64,000 nt of DNA, from the NCBI GenBank assembly GCA_963796685.1, contig CAWCMR010000025.1, forward strand, positions 1,504,001-1,568,000, in the 5' to 3' direction. Below, in pieces: positions 45,788 through 55,339 of the stretch (within the stretch, counting starts at the first letter, position 1; every line of letters begins with the position of its first letter). The notes beneath the pieces are model-generated. The model was not told the DNA's origin and searched no databases. It was given only the letters and a program-made list of their open reading frames with translations. Origin of the DNA: an uncultured delta proteobacterium (GTDB taxonomy: Bacteria; Myxococcota_A; Polyangia; Fen-1088). Both the position numbers and the translations under genes were made by a program.

Positions 45788-46238
45788 TGTCGCCGGACCC
45801 GAAGAACCCCATTTCGTAGGGTTCAGCCTGCGCCGAGAGGCGAAGGACGGACACGTCGAGGTGGTTCGGGCGGGGCTGCACGGAAGCCATCGTGCGAACG
45901 CCACACGGATTCGATGCGCACATCAGTCGGCGACTGCGCGCTCTGGTGCTCAAACAGTGGAAGCGCAAGCGCTTCATTGCTCGTCGGCTCATCCGGATGG
46001 GACGCTCGACCGAGCATACTTCACGGGGTGCGGCTTGCTGTCCTTGGAGCAGTACTACCGCGACATGCATCGGCTCGTCGTTCCGGCCCAGCCCTGTCTG
46101 GACCTGGGATAGCTGCGGGCGGAAACGCCGGCGCTGGACTACGGGCTTGTCCCGGACGCCAGCGTCCCGAAGAGCCGGATGTAAGGCCCACAAGTTCTGT
46201 GAGAGCTGGGGGAGGGCAACCTCCCCTGGCTACTCGAC
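45788..46238 (+). pseudogene. Deleted 3' remnant of a related group IIC intron
   Basis: Fragments PEEPHFVGFSLRR and DAHISRRLRALVLKQWKRKRFI; domain V/VI nearly identical to 41398-41471. Confidence 0.85.
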
Positions 46239-46659
46239 CGCCTGATTCGACGGCCCTTCCGGGTTCCGACTTCCAATTCTCCAGGGCGAGGCCCGGCACC
46301 TTCGAGAAATGCCGGACGTTGTTCGTCACCAACGTGCAGCGGAGGGAAGCGGCATGTGCCGCGATCAGAACATCGAAGTCTCCGATAGGCGTACCACGCT
46401 CGGCGAGAATGGTCCCGATTCGCCCGAACTCAAGGGCGGCATCCCCTCCGAAGTCGACGACATCGACAGCGGCCGCGAAGGTATCGATGAGACCATGCAG
46501 TCTGCGCGAGCCTTTGCGGTCGGCGCCAAATCGCAACTCGGCGAGGGTGATGGCGCTGATGCACAGGTCCGACGGTTTGTGGGCAGTGATGCGTCCCGCG
46601 ACTTGGCCCTGGCCGCGCAAAGCGTAGCTAACTGTGTCCGTATCGAGGAGGTACTTCAT
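46021..46659 (-). CDS. vapC: VapC PIN toxin (C-terminus reads into intron remnant)
   Basis: MKYLLDTD, ITLAEL, GTPIGDFDVLIAAHA, LVTNNVRHF..LENW. Confidence 0.88.
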   Translation of the reverse strand: MKYLLDTDTVSYALRGQGQVAGRITAHKPSDLCISAITLAELRFGADRKGSRRLHGLIDTFAAAVDVVDFGGDAALEFGRIGTILAERGTPIGDFDVLIAAHAASLRCTLVTNNVRHFSKVPGLALENWKSEPGRAVESGGRVARGGCPPPALTELVGLTSGSSGRWRPGQARSPAPAFPPAAIPGPDRAGPERRADACRGSTAPRTASRTP

Positions 46660-46898
46660 CGCCCCTCGAGAGGATTCTTGCGGGTAGCGATCGAACGCGC
46701 TTGAGGCCGGGGAATATCGTCCTTCCAAGCGCCGAGGCAGGCCAGGAATTCCGGCGACCAATCGTCCGCAGGCTCGAGGATCACCTTCCTTCCAACTCTT
46801 CGGACAACCAACTCGTCCTGGCCTTCGAACCGACATGACTTCGGCAGTCGTACGGCTTGACTGCCGCCATTCTGAAAGATCTTTGCACGCTCAGCCAT
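46656..46898 (-). CDS. vapB: AbrB/VapB antitoxin
   Basis: AKIFQNGGSQAVRLPK. Confidence 0.9.
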   Translation of the reverse strand: MAERAKIFQNGGSQAVRLPKSCRFEGQDELVVRRVGRKVILEPADDWSPEFLACLGAWKDDIPRPQARSIATRKNPLEGR

Positions 46899-46932
46899 AC
46901 TGCAAGTATATATGTGCGTATATACTTGTCAA
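46899..46932 (-). promoter_or_regulatory. vapBC promoter and operator
   Basis: TTGACA-16-TATACT 6 nt before ATG; inverted repeat CAAGTATATA-N6-TATATACTTG at 46903-46928. Confidence 0.75.
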
Positions 46933-46970
46933 GGGTGCGAAAGTCCTTGTGTGCGAAAGTTCTTGGGTCC

Positions 46971-47075
46971 GTCGAACGATTTGCCGTTCAGCGGTCTGCG
47001 AGCCGCCAAGCCAGCGCTGCGATTCTACGCCCATGCCTCTGCGGCGACCAGATCCGCGGCAACGGCTTGTTCGGC
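46971..47075 (-). other. attC site
   Basis: GCCGAAC...GTTCGAC imperfect palindrome. Confidence 0.8.
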
Positions 47076-47080
47076 AGCGG

Positions 47081-47311
47081 TCACTCCCGACTATCTCGAC
47101 GATTCTTCCATCCGGAGACGATGCCGAGCCCGAGCAGACCGCTGCCCACGATTATGGTGAGGACGACGGCAGCAACCTGTTCGGACTTGATGAAGGCACA
47201 GCCGAGAGAGATCAGCGCAGTCCCTACAATCTCCTCAGCGACTACGGCGACTACGAAGAGTGCTGATTTGCGCAACGGCCTCTCGTTACCAGGTTGGGGG
47301 TCGGGGTTCAC
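47081..47311 (-). CDS. Small two-TM protein (cassette)
   Basis: Hydrophobic 76-aa ORF ending just before an attC. Confidence 0.5.
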   Translation of the reverse strand: MNPDPQPGNERPLRKSALFVVAVVAEEIVGTALISLGCAFIKSEQVAAVVLTIIVGSGLLGLGIVSGWKNRRDSRE

Positions 47312-47542
47312 TTGTGCTTCCGCTTCGCTGTGAGATTCTTCATCGGCTTGTTCGGCAGCGGACCCCGTTCAAGACGTAACGTCCAGGGTTTGTCCGCTCA
47401 GGCCAAGCGCCTGAAGAAAATCGAGGTCGGAGGGATCCTCAAACGTGAATGCGAGACCTTGACCGTCGTGGCTTGCCATGTGGCTTTTGCACATCTCCAG
47501 TTCTTCACGGATCATTCCTTGCCCGAAATTTCCGGCGGATTC

Positions 47543-47649
47543 GGCGAACGCCTTGCCGTTCAGCCTGCAAGCCCGCCGCCCGAACGGTCCGTTGATGTTA
47601 CACCAATGCCCCTGCGGCGGGGTCGCCAGACTGCAACGGCTTGTTCGGC
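47543..47649 (-). other. attC site
   Basis: GCCGAAC...GTTCGCC. Confidence 0.8.
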
Positions 47650-47655
47650 GGCACA

Positions 47656-47949
47656 TTACCGCCGATGCTTCCAAACCTCGGGATCGCGATGAAGATGGAC
47701 GACGCCGAAGAGTACGATCTTGTCGAATTCATCGACGAAGTACAAACCGTAGGGGAAGCGCCCGACCTTTGCCATTCGCATCCCGACTTCTCTCTCCTGA
47801 AACATGAGCGGATTCTCAGCAACTCAAGCCACCGCCCTCTCGACCTCAAGTGAAAACTCCGCGCCGAACCCTTCGCGCTCGTTCTCGTACCAGAGCGCGG
47901 CCTCGATGATATCGAGTTCGGCTTCCGCCCGAATCTCGATGGGCTTCAT
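47656..47949 (-). pseudogene. RelE/ParE toxin with in-frame TGA at 47824-47826
   Basis: MKPIEIRAEAELDIIEAALWYE...AVA*VAENP...RFPYGLYF...HLHRDP (manual translation). Confidence 0.8.
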
Positions 47950-48190
47950 CTGGTTGGAGCACGCAGCAGTGACCGCATCTCATCGCGGAACTCGTTCCAC
48001 GGGCGAGAGCTACCCTTGCCCGCGCGATACGATGCAAGGCGTTCTGCCAGGATCTTCGGTGCCAGTCCGGCCCCGGAATTTGCTCGGGCTTCGACACGAC
48101 GCGAGCCCAAAGAGCCTCAAGGTAGTCGAGCTTCTCCTCGACGGAAAGCTCGTCGAATCCGGGAGGGGCAGTGATCGGTGCCGATGCCAT
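47950..48190 (-). CDS. Addiction-module antitoxin (TIGR02574-like), 3' part probably frameshifted
   Basis: LSVEEKLDYLEALW..PDWHR. Confidence 0.7.
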
Positions 48191-48258
48191 GGAGAAAGTA
48201 TACCCCCGAAGCGGCCTTTGAACAGCCGCTTGTAGGCCTCGTCACCACGCGCGTGTCC

Positions 48259-48365
48259 GCCGAACGCTTTGCCGTTCAGCGGCGAGCCCGCCGCCGAGCC
48301 GGCGTCTCGATTCTATACCGATGTCCCTGCGGCGCGATTGTCAGCGCTGCAACGGCATGTTAGCC
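48259..48365 (-). other. attC site
   Basis: GGCTAAC...GTTCGGC. Confidence 0.8.
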
Positions 48366-48554
48366 AGCCTTTCCACTGAGATCACACGACAGCGAGGCGC
48401 ATTCCGATCCGTCCAATGATGGCCTTTTCGGGTGGCGCGTATGGTCAGGGTTGGGCTGACGATTTGCATGCAGGAAAGACCCGATCAAGGGGACGTGCCA
48501 GCACTGCGGAGGAGGGCCCAACCAGCTTCGAACCCTGGAGTAGTCCTCTTTACT

Positions 48555-49965
48555 GGCTCTCCTGACATCTTCGTAAAGGGAGATCTCGTAGGTGCGACGC
48601 ACGTCGCCGACGGAGATGTGGGCGGCATGAGTTCCGGGTGAGGTGGAGACGAAGTGCGCACGGGCACCTGGGGTATCGTGTGGCTTGTCTGGAACCCACA
48701 AGCCCAGGAGCCCATGCGCGCAACCACCCTATTCCGAAACCTACTCCAATTTCCACATACCCGTGTCCTGGCGGTCGAATTCGATCTGCTTGGCATATTG
48801 GTGCACGTGGCGCCAACGACGACCGTTCCCTACTGCTCAGGCTGCGGATGTCGGGTCCATGACGTGTTCGATGCTCGGGCTCGGAACTGGCGGCATCTGG
48901 ACGCGTGCGGGATGGAGGTTCTTCTGCGCTACACCCTGCGCAGGGTTGACTGTCCTCGGTGCGGCGTGGTCATCGAGATGGTCCCTTGGGCCGAGCCGAA
49001 GGTCGGCTTCACGCGTGACTTCGAGGACCACGTGGCCTATCTGGCCCAACAAGCAAGCCAGACGATGGTGGCCGAAACCATGCGCATCGCGTGGCGCACC
49101 GTCGGCGCCATCATCCAGCGGGTGGTGCCGCGGCACCGAGATCCTAGCCTTCTCCTCGAGGACCTCGAACACATCGGCGTCGACGAGTTGTCGTACCGGC
49201 GGCACCATGAGTACGTCACCGTCGTTGTCGACCACGTCTCGCAGCGGGTCGTCTGGGCACACGAGGGCAAGAACGCTGCGACGCTCGGCTGCTTCTTCGA
49301 CGCTCTCGGCCCGGAACGAACTAGCAAGCTCAAGACCGTCACCATCGACATGTCCGCGGCCTACATCGACGCGGTCACCTCGCGAGCGCCACAAGCGCAA
49401 ATCGTCTTCGACCGCTTCCACGTTCAGAGACTCGTGCAGGAAGCACTCGACGAGCTCCGGCGTGCGGAGGTCCGACTCCTGGAGGACACCGACGAACGCG
49501 GGCAACTGAAGAAGACCAAGTACCTTCTGCTCAAGAATCCGTGGAACCTATCCAGGGCCGAGTCTGAGAGGCTGTCGACCCTCCCGAAGACCAATGCCCG
49601 ACTCTATCGCGGCTACCTGCTCAAGATCGCCATCTGCGACATCCTCGGTCGTCGCCAGGTCAACGTCGTCAAACAGAAGCTCGAAGAATGGATCAGTTGG
49701 GCCAGGCGATCCAGACTACCTTCCTTCAAGAAGGTCGCCGCGACCATCAAGAAATACCTGGACGGCATCGTGGCCATTGTCGCCACAGGGCTCAATAACG
49801 GAAGAACCGAGGGCCTTAATGGCAAGATCAGGGTCATCACCCGCAGGGCCTATGGCTTCCACAACGCTCAAGCCCTCATTGGCTTCATCTTCCTCTGCTG
49901 CTCAGGCGTTGTCCTTCATCCCGTCTTCAAGGTGCCCGCGCTTCCATGAAGATGTCAGGAGAGCC
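48555..49965 (+). mobile_element. ISL3 family insertion sequence
   Basis: TIR GGCTCTCCTGACATCTTC at both ends; 8-bp TSD TCTTTACT. Confidence 0.95.
48714..49949 (+). CDS. ISL3 transposase
   Basis: Zn finger, VPWA, IGVDE, IDMS, FDRFH, EGLNGKI..RRAYGF. Confidence 0.95.
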   Translation: MRATTLFRNLLQFPHTRVLAVEFDLLGILVHVAPTTTVPYCSGCGCRVHDVFDARARNWRHLDACGMEVLLRYTLRRVDCPRCGVVIEMVPWAEPKVGFTRDFEDHVAYLAQQASQTMVAETMRIAWRTVGAIIQRVVPRHRDPSLLLEDLEHIGVDELSYRRHHEYVTVVVDHVSQRVVWAHEGKNAATLGCFFDALGPERTSKLKTVTIDMSAAYIDAVTSRAPQAQIVFDRFHVQRLVQEALDELRRAEVRLLEDTDERGQLKKTKYLLLKNPWNLSRAESERLSTLPKTNARLYRGYLLKIAICDILGRRQVNVVKQKLEEWISWARRSRLPSFKKVAATIKKYLDGIVAIVATGLNNGRTEGLNGKIRVITRRAYGFHNAQALIGFIFLCCSGVVLHPVFKVPALP

Positions 49966-50764
49966 TCTTTACTTCCCCTTCGCAGCCTTTGTAGCGGCAG
50001 TCAAACACTACAACCTTCTCGGAGATACCAAGATGGTCTGGCACTAGCTCAGTTGCGAGATATTCTCTCCATGTACCATTTAGAGCGCTAATTTCAATGA
50101 CATAGAATCTCCTTGTTGAGGATTGCAAGTCTATTCCTATGGGTTTTTCGATGACGTTTAGTCCCTTGGACATGTCGCCCAAATCCACCATCGGGGCGAC
50201 GTCGCCCCCCCAAATGTCCCCGAGGGTAATATTGCGAGAACGAGATACGTTTTGATACCGCTCTTGATCTATTACTCTGACCTTGACGTGCCTCAATGAG
50301 CAACATCCCTCGACGACCAATTGTAGCGCGAACCCCCCAAAATGACCGTCCACATCTCCTGTCATGACTTCCAAATGTGGCCAACTATCACCACCTGTCA
50401 TATTTGAGATTGCGTCCTTGGCACGTTCCAAAAGCGCCGAAAACGAATTGTTCAACTCCTTCTGCGCATTCTTTGACCTGTCATCGCTAATTTTCAGAGA
50501 ACGGAATTCCAAGAGCGAAAGTCCCCCGAGCAGGACGAAATAAATCGCCTTTTCCCATGGGAAAAGTTTCCTCGCCATCAATGCCACGCCCGCTGCCACC
50601 AATGTGATTGCGATGACGAAAGTACCGATCCATGGAGCTTTCCACCACTCGACGATTGAACTCCATTTGGCACCAACCCAGAGCATTGATGCTGGGATGG
50701 CCAGCGTAAGGAGAGCTGGAATCCATCTGCCGAAGCGTGTGTCGAAGAAACTCGGCCCTTCCAT
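49955..50764 (-). CDS. Hypothetical membrane protein (cassette) truncated by ISL3; original tail at 48485-48546
   Basis: Three N-terminal TM segments; frame continues RTTPGFEAGW...SP* beyond the IS. Confidence 0.7.
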   Translation of the reverse strand: MEGPSFFDTRFGRWIPALLTLAIPASMLWVGAKWSSIVEWWKAPWIGTFVIAITLVAAGVALMARKLFPWEKAIYFVLLGGLSLLEFRSLKISDDRSKNAQKELNNSFSALLERAKDAISNMTGGDSWPHLEVMTGDVDGHFGGFALQLVVEGCCSLRHVKVRVIDQERYQNVSRSRNITLGDIWGGDVAPMVDLGDMSKGLNVIEKPIGIDLQSSTRRFYVIEISALNGTWREYLATELVPDHLGISEKVVVFDCRYKGCEGEVKRLS

Positions 50765-50991
50765 GGCACCGGCCTACTGCGTTGGGATGCGTCTTGTAAA
50801 CCGAGCTAAACCACGCTCTCGGGCACCCACGGCGCCGCGCCGTGTCCTCGGTGACCGTACTGGTGCCCGGTTCGAACGACGACTTCGCGACGCCCGCACT
50901 TCCGCAGGCGGAAGCGAAGGCGTCGACTCTCGGTCCTGGTAAAAAGCGAGTTCGGTCTCCACACCGATCGAAACCAAGATGTTCCAAGTCT

Positions 50992-51095
50992 GGCTAACGC
51001 CTTGCCGATAAGCTGCGCGGTCGCCGCCGAGTCGGCGTCTCGATTCTACACGATGTCCCTGCGGCGAACGCGTCAGCTTCATCGGCATGTTCGAC
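50992..51095 (-). other. attC site
   Basis: GTCGAAC...GTTAGCC. Confidence 0.8.
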
Positions 51096-51588
51096 GGCTC
51101 TCCGACCACCGACCGAACTTCTTCTCGATGACACCTTCATTGCCTGCGCCACATCCAACTCCGATCGTCCCGTCCTCCTTCCCACGAGCATCGAACTGAA
51201 TTCCGCCCAGCCCTGCCGAAAACCAAACTTTGTCCGGAGCAAATCGGGTCAGACCGATCCCGACGAAGAGGACCGCTTCGCCCTTCTTGCGGCGGAACTG
51301 CTGATAACGCCCGCAGGTTTCCCCCTGAAGGAGGGGCTTGGTCTCTTTGCCGTCGACGGATACGATGGAAACATCAATCAGCAGGTGTTCCCCCTCCGTT
51401 GTATTCCTCTGCACACAGGAATATTCGGCCAGCCCTTCTGACTCAGAGCCGAATGGCGTAGCCATGGCAGCCTCGACCAGTTCGCAGATCTCTACTCGGG
51501 TGAACGGCATGCTCTTTCTTTCGCCGGCCGACGAGACCGGAGAGAGCATGGTCAGGAACAAGATGGTTGGTGTCACCAATTTCCGCAT
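51079..51588 (-). CDS. Hypothetical secreted protein (cassette)
   Basis: Signal peptide; fills the space between two attC sites. Confidence 0.65.
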   Translation of the reverse strand: MRKLVTPTILFLTMLSPVSSAGERKSMPFTRVEICELVEAAMATPFGSESEGLAEYSCVQRNTTEGEHLLIDVSIVSVDGKETKPLLQGETCGRYQQFRRKKGEAVLFVGIGLTRFAPDKVWFSAGLGGIQFDARGKEDGTIGVGCGAGNEGVIEKKFGRWSESRRTCR

Positions 51589-51601
51589 GTTCGTCGAGTC
51601 C

Positions 51602-51707
51602 TTCGAACGCCTTGCCGTTCAGCTGCAAGACCGCCGCCGAGCCAGCACATCGATTCTACACGATATCCCTGCGGCGGGATTGTCTGCAACGGCTTTATGG
51701 GTTCGAT
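51602..51707 (-). other. attC site (slightly degenerate)
   Basis: ATCGAAC...GTTCGAA. Confidence 0.7.
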
Positions 51708-51730
51708 GGCACTATCGGAAATGGACGATA

Positions 51731-52516
51731 TCATGACAAGACACCTTTAAGCTGAACGAGAAGCGCATACATCCAGAAGACTAATTGGGTCGATCGTGGT
51801 CGCACAGCGAATTGGATGTCGCTCCCATGCAGGACGGAGTTCCGCGACTTGGATATCGTGCTTTGAGGATTGGAACGCGCCAGCACGGCTGTCATGAGTT
51901 CAGCGAAGATGTCGCTGGAGTCAGCCAGTTTCTCTCTCGCAATCTCCAACTTGGCTTCAAGGCCAGGTAAGCGCTTGCCGGCTTCTGAGCGAACTGAGTG
52001 CTCGACCATTCTGGCGTGGCCGAGCCGAAGAAGTGAGTCCGTCAGTATTCCCTCAAGCTGCGAATAGAGAAGGGTTATCGCGCCGGCGAAGCGGCAGTCC
52101 CGATGGAGTTCTAGTGCCTCTTGGAGCAGGATGGCGCGTTCTGACGGAAGGCCAAGCTCCTTGTACAAACTCAGCATTTCGGATTTGAACTCGTCCTTCG
52201 AGCTTTCGGTAAACAGGCGGGACTCCAACTCGCCTGGCTCGCTGGCGCTCATTTCCAGGACATCGCTCGCAGAGAGGATATGTAGGACACCTCCGTAGCC
52301 TCCCTCCCTCATGGACTCCATGCCCCGCTGAAGCAGAAGGGTATTCGCCTCAAGATTCGCCGACCATTCGGGTAGCTTCGCGAGGAACGCCGAAACAACC
52401 TGACCAAAGCGTTTGATGGCCGGCTGGTTTTCCCTAATCCAGTCGGCCCATTTGCCGATGAGCGCCGCAACATCAATTTGAGGCGCCTGTTCTTCTATCT
52501 TTGGGTCGTCGGTCAT
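51731..52516 (-). CDS. Hypothetical protein with HEPN-like RxxxxH motif (cassette)
   Basis: Helical; LEG then RNSVLHG near the C-terminus. Confidence 0.6.
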   Translation of the reverse strand: MTDDPKIEEQAPQIDVAALIGKWADWIRENQPAIKRFGQVVSAFLAKLPEWSANLEANTLLLQRGMESMREGGYGGVLHILSASDVLEMSASEPGELESRLFTESSKDEFKSEMLSLYKELGLPSERAILLQEALELHRDCRFAGAITLLYSQLEGILTDSLLRLGHARMVEHSVRSEAGKRLPGLEAKLEIAREKLADSSDIFAELMTAVLARSNPQSTISKSRNSVLHGSDIQFAVRPRSTQLVFWMYALLVQLKGVLS

Positions 52517-52556
52517 GGGGACCCGCTGTGTCGGTCGAACGCCATGTTCGACGACG

Positions 52557-53177
52557 CTACGCGAACTCCACTTGGACCGATTCGCATAGACGCCAACTTG
52601 ACTCCTCGTCTCGAATGCAACCCAGCTTGAGAAGCAAGGCAATCGCATCCCCGAATTCGTTTGCGGAAAGAGCTCCGCGGCCGTACTCAAGCCGCTCGTC
52701 GTTCACGACGGCGAGTAGCGCCTCTTTCGAAATTCGATCGTTCGCATCGCGATTCAACCAAATTGCCCATAGGACCGTCGCCTCGCGATATTGAATCTGC
52801 AATTCCATCTTCGACAAGATCGCCCCCAGTAGACTCAGCGCTATGGACGCCGCGGCCCATGGATGATCCTGCAACCAAAGCGAGGAGATCATGGCAGGCA
52901 ACGTCATCAATAGCTTGCGCGGACTCACGGCGATATTGCCAAGCTTCCGCGACTGCGCGCCGCTGCCTCCGCCGGGAGTCATCGAGACAGAATCTGTCAC
53001 AAAGATCCGGAGAAACTCCGGCGGCGTCACCTGGCAGCATTCGTCAATCAGATGCGACGCTAGGTCGTGGGCTGGTGAACCCAGGGCCGACACGAAGGAC
53101 TTCTCGCCAAGACGGGCGGACACGAGCGTCACCAGCTCGTCTCTCCTCGCCTTGCCTCTCGCAACGTTGAGTCCCAT
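52557..53177 (-). CDS. Hypothetical protein with central hydrophobic hairpin (cassette)
   Basis: AAAGGA RBS; bounded by attC-like sites. Confidence 0.65.
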   Translation of the reverse strand: MGLNVARGKARRDELVTLVSARLGEKSFVSALGSPAHDLASHLIDECCQVTPPEFLRIFVTDSVSMTPGGGSGAQSRKLGNIAVSPRKLLMTLPAMISSLWLQDHPWAAASIALSLLGAILSKMELQIQYREATVLWAIWLNRDANDRISKEALLAVVNDERLEYGRGALSANEFGDAIALLLKLGCIRDEESSWRLCESVQVEFA

Positions 53178-53258
53178 GGCTTTCCTTTCGTCCGTCAACG
53201 TTATGGCGTTGACCTGCGGCGCGCAAGCGCCGTCCAACACCTGGCTCGGCGGCAACGC

Positions 53259-53570
53259 CTACGAAGCAATCCATCGGTCATTGAAACGCTCACGAAAGTC
53301 GGGGATGGTGTCCTCGAACCTCGTAAATCCTTCAGAGCGCATCTGGCGGGCAAACTCTACACTACGATCAGTCCCTACGATCGCGGACCAGTAGTAGCTC
53401 ACGATGCCAGCGGGATCTCGCTCTTCGAGTCGCATGATCATGTACCGAACGCCCTGCTTGAGAGCTTTCGACGCTCTCGACGAGGAAAGGATCGGATCGA
53501 ACACCTGCTCGTGCAAGAACGCTAGCACCTCGGCTTTCTTCTTCTGGTCTTTGTCGGATAGTGTCTTCAT
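53259..53570 (-). CDS. Hypothetical protein (cassette)
   Basis: AAGGA RBS right after an attC; 103 aa. Confidence 0.7.
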   Translation of the reverse strand: MKTLSDKDQKKKAEVLAFLHEQVFDPILSSSRASKALKQGVRYMIMRLEERDPAGIVSYYWSAIVGTDRSVEFARQMRSEGFTRFEDTIPDFRERFNDRWIAS

Positions 53571-53587
53571 GATGGTGGTCCTTGTCC

Positions 53588-53658
53588 GTCGAACGCCTTG
53601 GCGTTCACCCGCGAGCGGCCGTCCGCGGCCGATCGTCGGGTGCAACGCCATGTTGGAC
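53588..53658 (-). other. attC site (71 bp class)
   Basis: GTCCAAC...GTTCGAC. Confidence 0.85.
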
Positions 53659-53664
53659 GGCATC

Positions 53665-54105
53665 CTACTTCGTGGCGAGCCAGTGGGCATCTGTACATAC
53701 GTCGTCTTCATCCAGACGAATGATCAAGTTGGGGCCACCACCGATACTGCTCGGGGAAAGATAGAAGAGGGCGTAGGCAATAACTCGGCCCGGAACCAGA
53801 CAGGCCCTGCCATCTCTTCGTGGGCAAACGTCGGGTGGGCCCAACGCCTCTACAAGGCTGCTCTTGGTCATCCCGACCAAGCTGGAGAGTTCGTGCTTCC
53901 TCCAATCCTCGGGCCGGTACGACTCGTCTTCCGGGAGCCGACGAAGGTGTTCCCTCTCGCTTCGCAGCCACTCGATCGTTCGGCCCCGATCGCTGGTAGC
54001 CATCGGCCCTTGGCCATTCGGTAGACTCGCTGCTCGACTGCCACCGCACCCCAAAAGCAGTAATGCCAGCAGCGGAACTCCAAAGAAATTCAACCTCATG
54101 AGCAT
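53665..54105 (-). CDS. Hypothetical lipoprotein (cassette)
   Basis: Lipobox LLGC; LGPPD motif. Confidence 0.7.
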   Translation of the reverse strand: MLMRLNFFGVPLLALLLLGCGGSRAASLPNGQGPMATSDRGRTIEWLRSEREHLRRLPEDESYRPEDWRKHELSSLVGMTKSSLVEALGPPDVCPRRDGRACLVPGRVIAYALFYLSPSSIGGGPNLIIRLDEDDVCTDAHWLATK

Positions 54106-54287
54106 GTCCGTCCAACGCTTTGCCGTTCAGCGGCGAGGGCCGTAGGTGAAGGTCGATAGTAGCACTGCCGGGGCAGCGCGGCGGCGTTCGATCATTTGTC
54201 GAGCCGCGCGGCCCCGGCTCGTTGACCGTCGACCGAGAGTTGACAGGCCCTCGTCCGCTGCAACGGCCCCGAGCTGACCATGGATCG

Positions 54288-54392
54288 GTCGAACGCCTTG
54301 CCGTTCAGCGGTGTGGGCGCCGCCAAGCCGACGCCACGATTCTACACCGATGTCCCTGCGGCGACCACATCCGCTGCAACGGCTTGTTCGGC
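54288..54392 (-). other. attC site
   Basis: GCCGAAC...GTTCGAC. Confidence 0.85.
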
Positions 54393-54397
54393 GGCGC

Positions 54398-55066
54398 TTA
54401 CTCGCAAACATCGTAGCGACTCTCGTCCACGATCCGCTTGATCCGTCGCCCCTCCGCAAGAGCCAGCCTTGCATAGACGCGCATCTTGTCAGCGTCTCCT
54501 ATCTCGCGGGCGAGCAAAGCCGCGGTATCGAATTTTGTGAAGCAGTCCCTCTCAGCCTCCACTTCCTTCAGCGTTCTCGACAAGTCAGAGTTATCTCGAA
54601 GCCAAGGCAAGCCTTCCTCCGCCAGGGCGGCCGCAATGTTGGTCGAGGCCGACACAGAGCTTTCACCTTGTGGATCGATCCACCAGATATCGGTGCGACG
54701 GCGCTCGGCCGGGTTGAGGAGCGACGCCACACGGGCACTCTGGTCCAGGGTGCAATCCAGGTGCGTTCGCGTGTGGCACATATGCTCGGCCGGGAGAAGT
54801 CGGCCATGCTTGTCTGCCTTTATGTGTGGCTCCCTGGGAAAGAAGGGGTAGTAGACACCGAGCCATACGCCAACGGAGCCTGGTGGCCATCCAGTCACAG
54901 ACGAGAAGTAGTTTCCAACCGCACGAATGTTGAAGACCCAGATCGTCTTTTCCTGCCATCGCCATGCGTTCCGCGCATCCATTTGCATGAAGTCGGCATT
55001 TCGAAGAACCGGAAGGACGTGGGCTCGAAGGGCCCGATTCATTATCGCGGAAGTAGATGGCATCAA
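54398..55066 (-). CDS. Hypothetical protein, DUF4304-like (cassette)
   Basis: VLPVLRNADF N-terminus, GLPWL; fills the cassette. Confidence 0.6.
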   Translation of the reverse strand: MMPSTSAIMNRALRAHVLPVLRNADFMQMDARNAWRWQEKTIWVFNIRAVGNYFSSVTGWPPGSVGVWLGVYYPFFPREPHIKADKHGRLLPAEHMCHTRTHLDCTLDQSARVASLLNPAERRRTDIWWIDPQGESSVSASTNIAAALAEEGLPWLRDNSDLSRTLKEVEAERDCFTKFDTAALLAREIGDADKMRVYARLALAEGRRIKRIVDESRYDVCE

Positions 55067-55076
55067 TGGTTCGTCC

Positions 55077-55180
55077 GCCGAACGCTTTGCCGTTCAGCTG
55101 CAAGCCCGCCGCCGAGTCGGCGCCTCGATTCTACACGATGTCTCTGCGGCGGGATTGTCAGCTGCAACGGCTTGTTCGGC
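55077..55180 (-). other. attC site
   Basis: GCCGAAC...GTTCGGC. Confidence 0.85.
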
Positions 55181-55339
55181 GGCACACTTCCGAAAGATGG
55201 CATCGAGATCCGGGGATCCGATCGCCCCGGGGCAGTGTGCTGACGACGTGGCCTCCGCGATGTCCCCTATGCCACCATCCCCGATCACCGACGGAGGCAG
55301 TCGTTTTTGAATCAGTAGTGCCAAATCCCATACCCAGGT

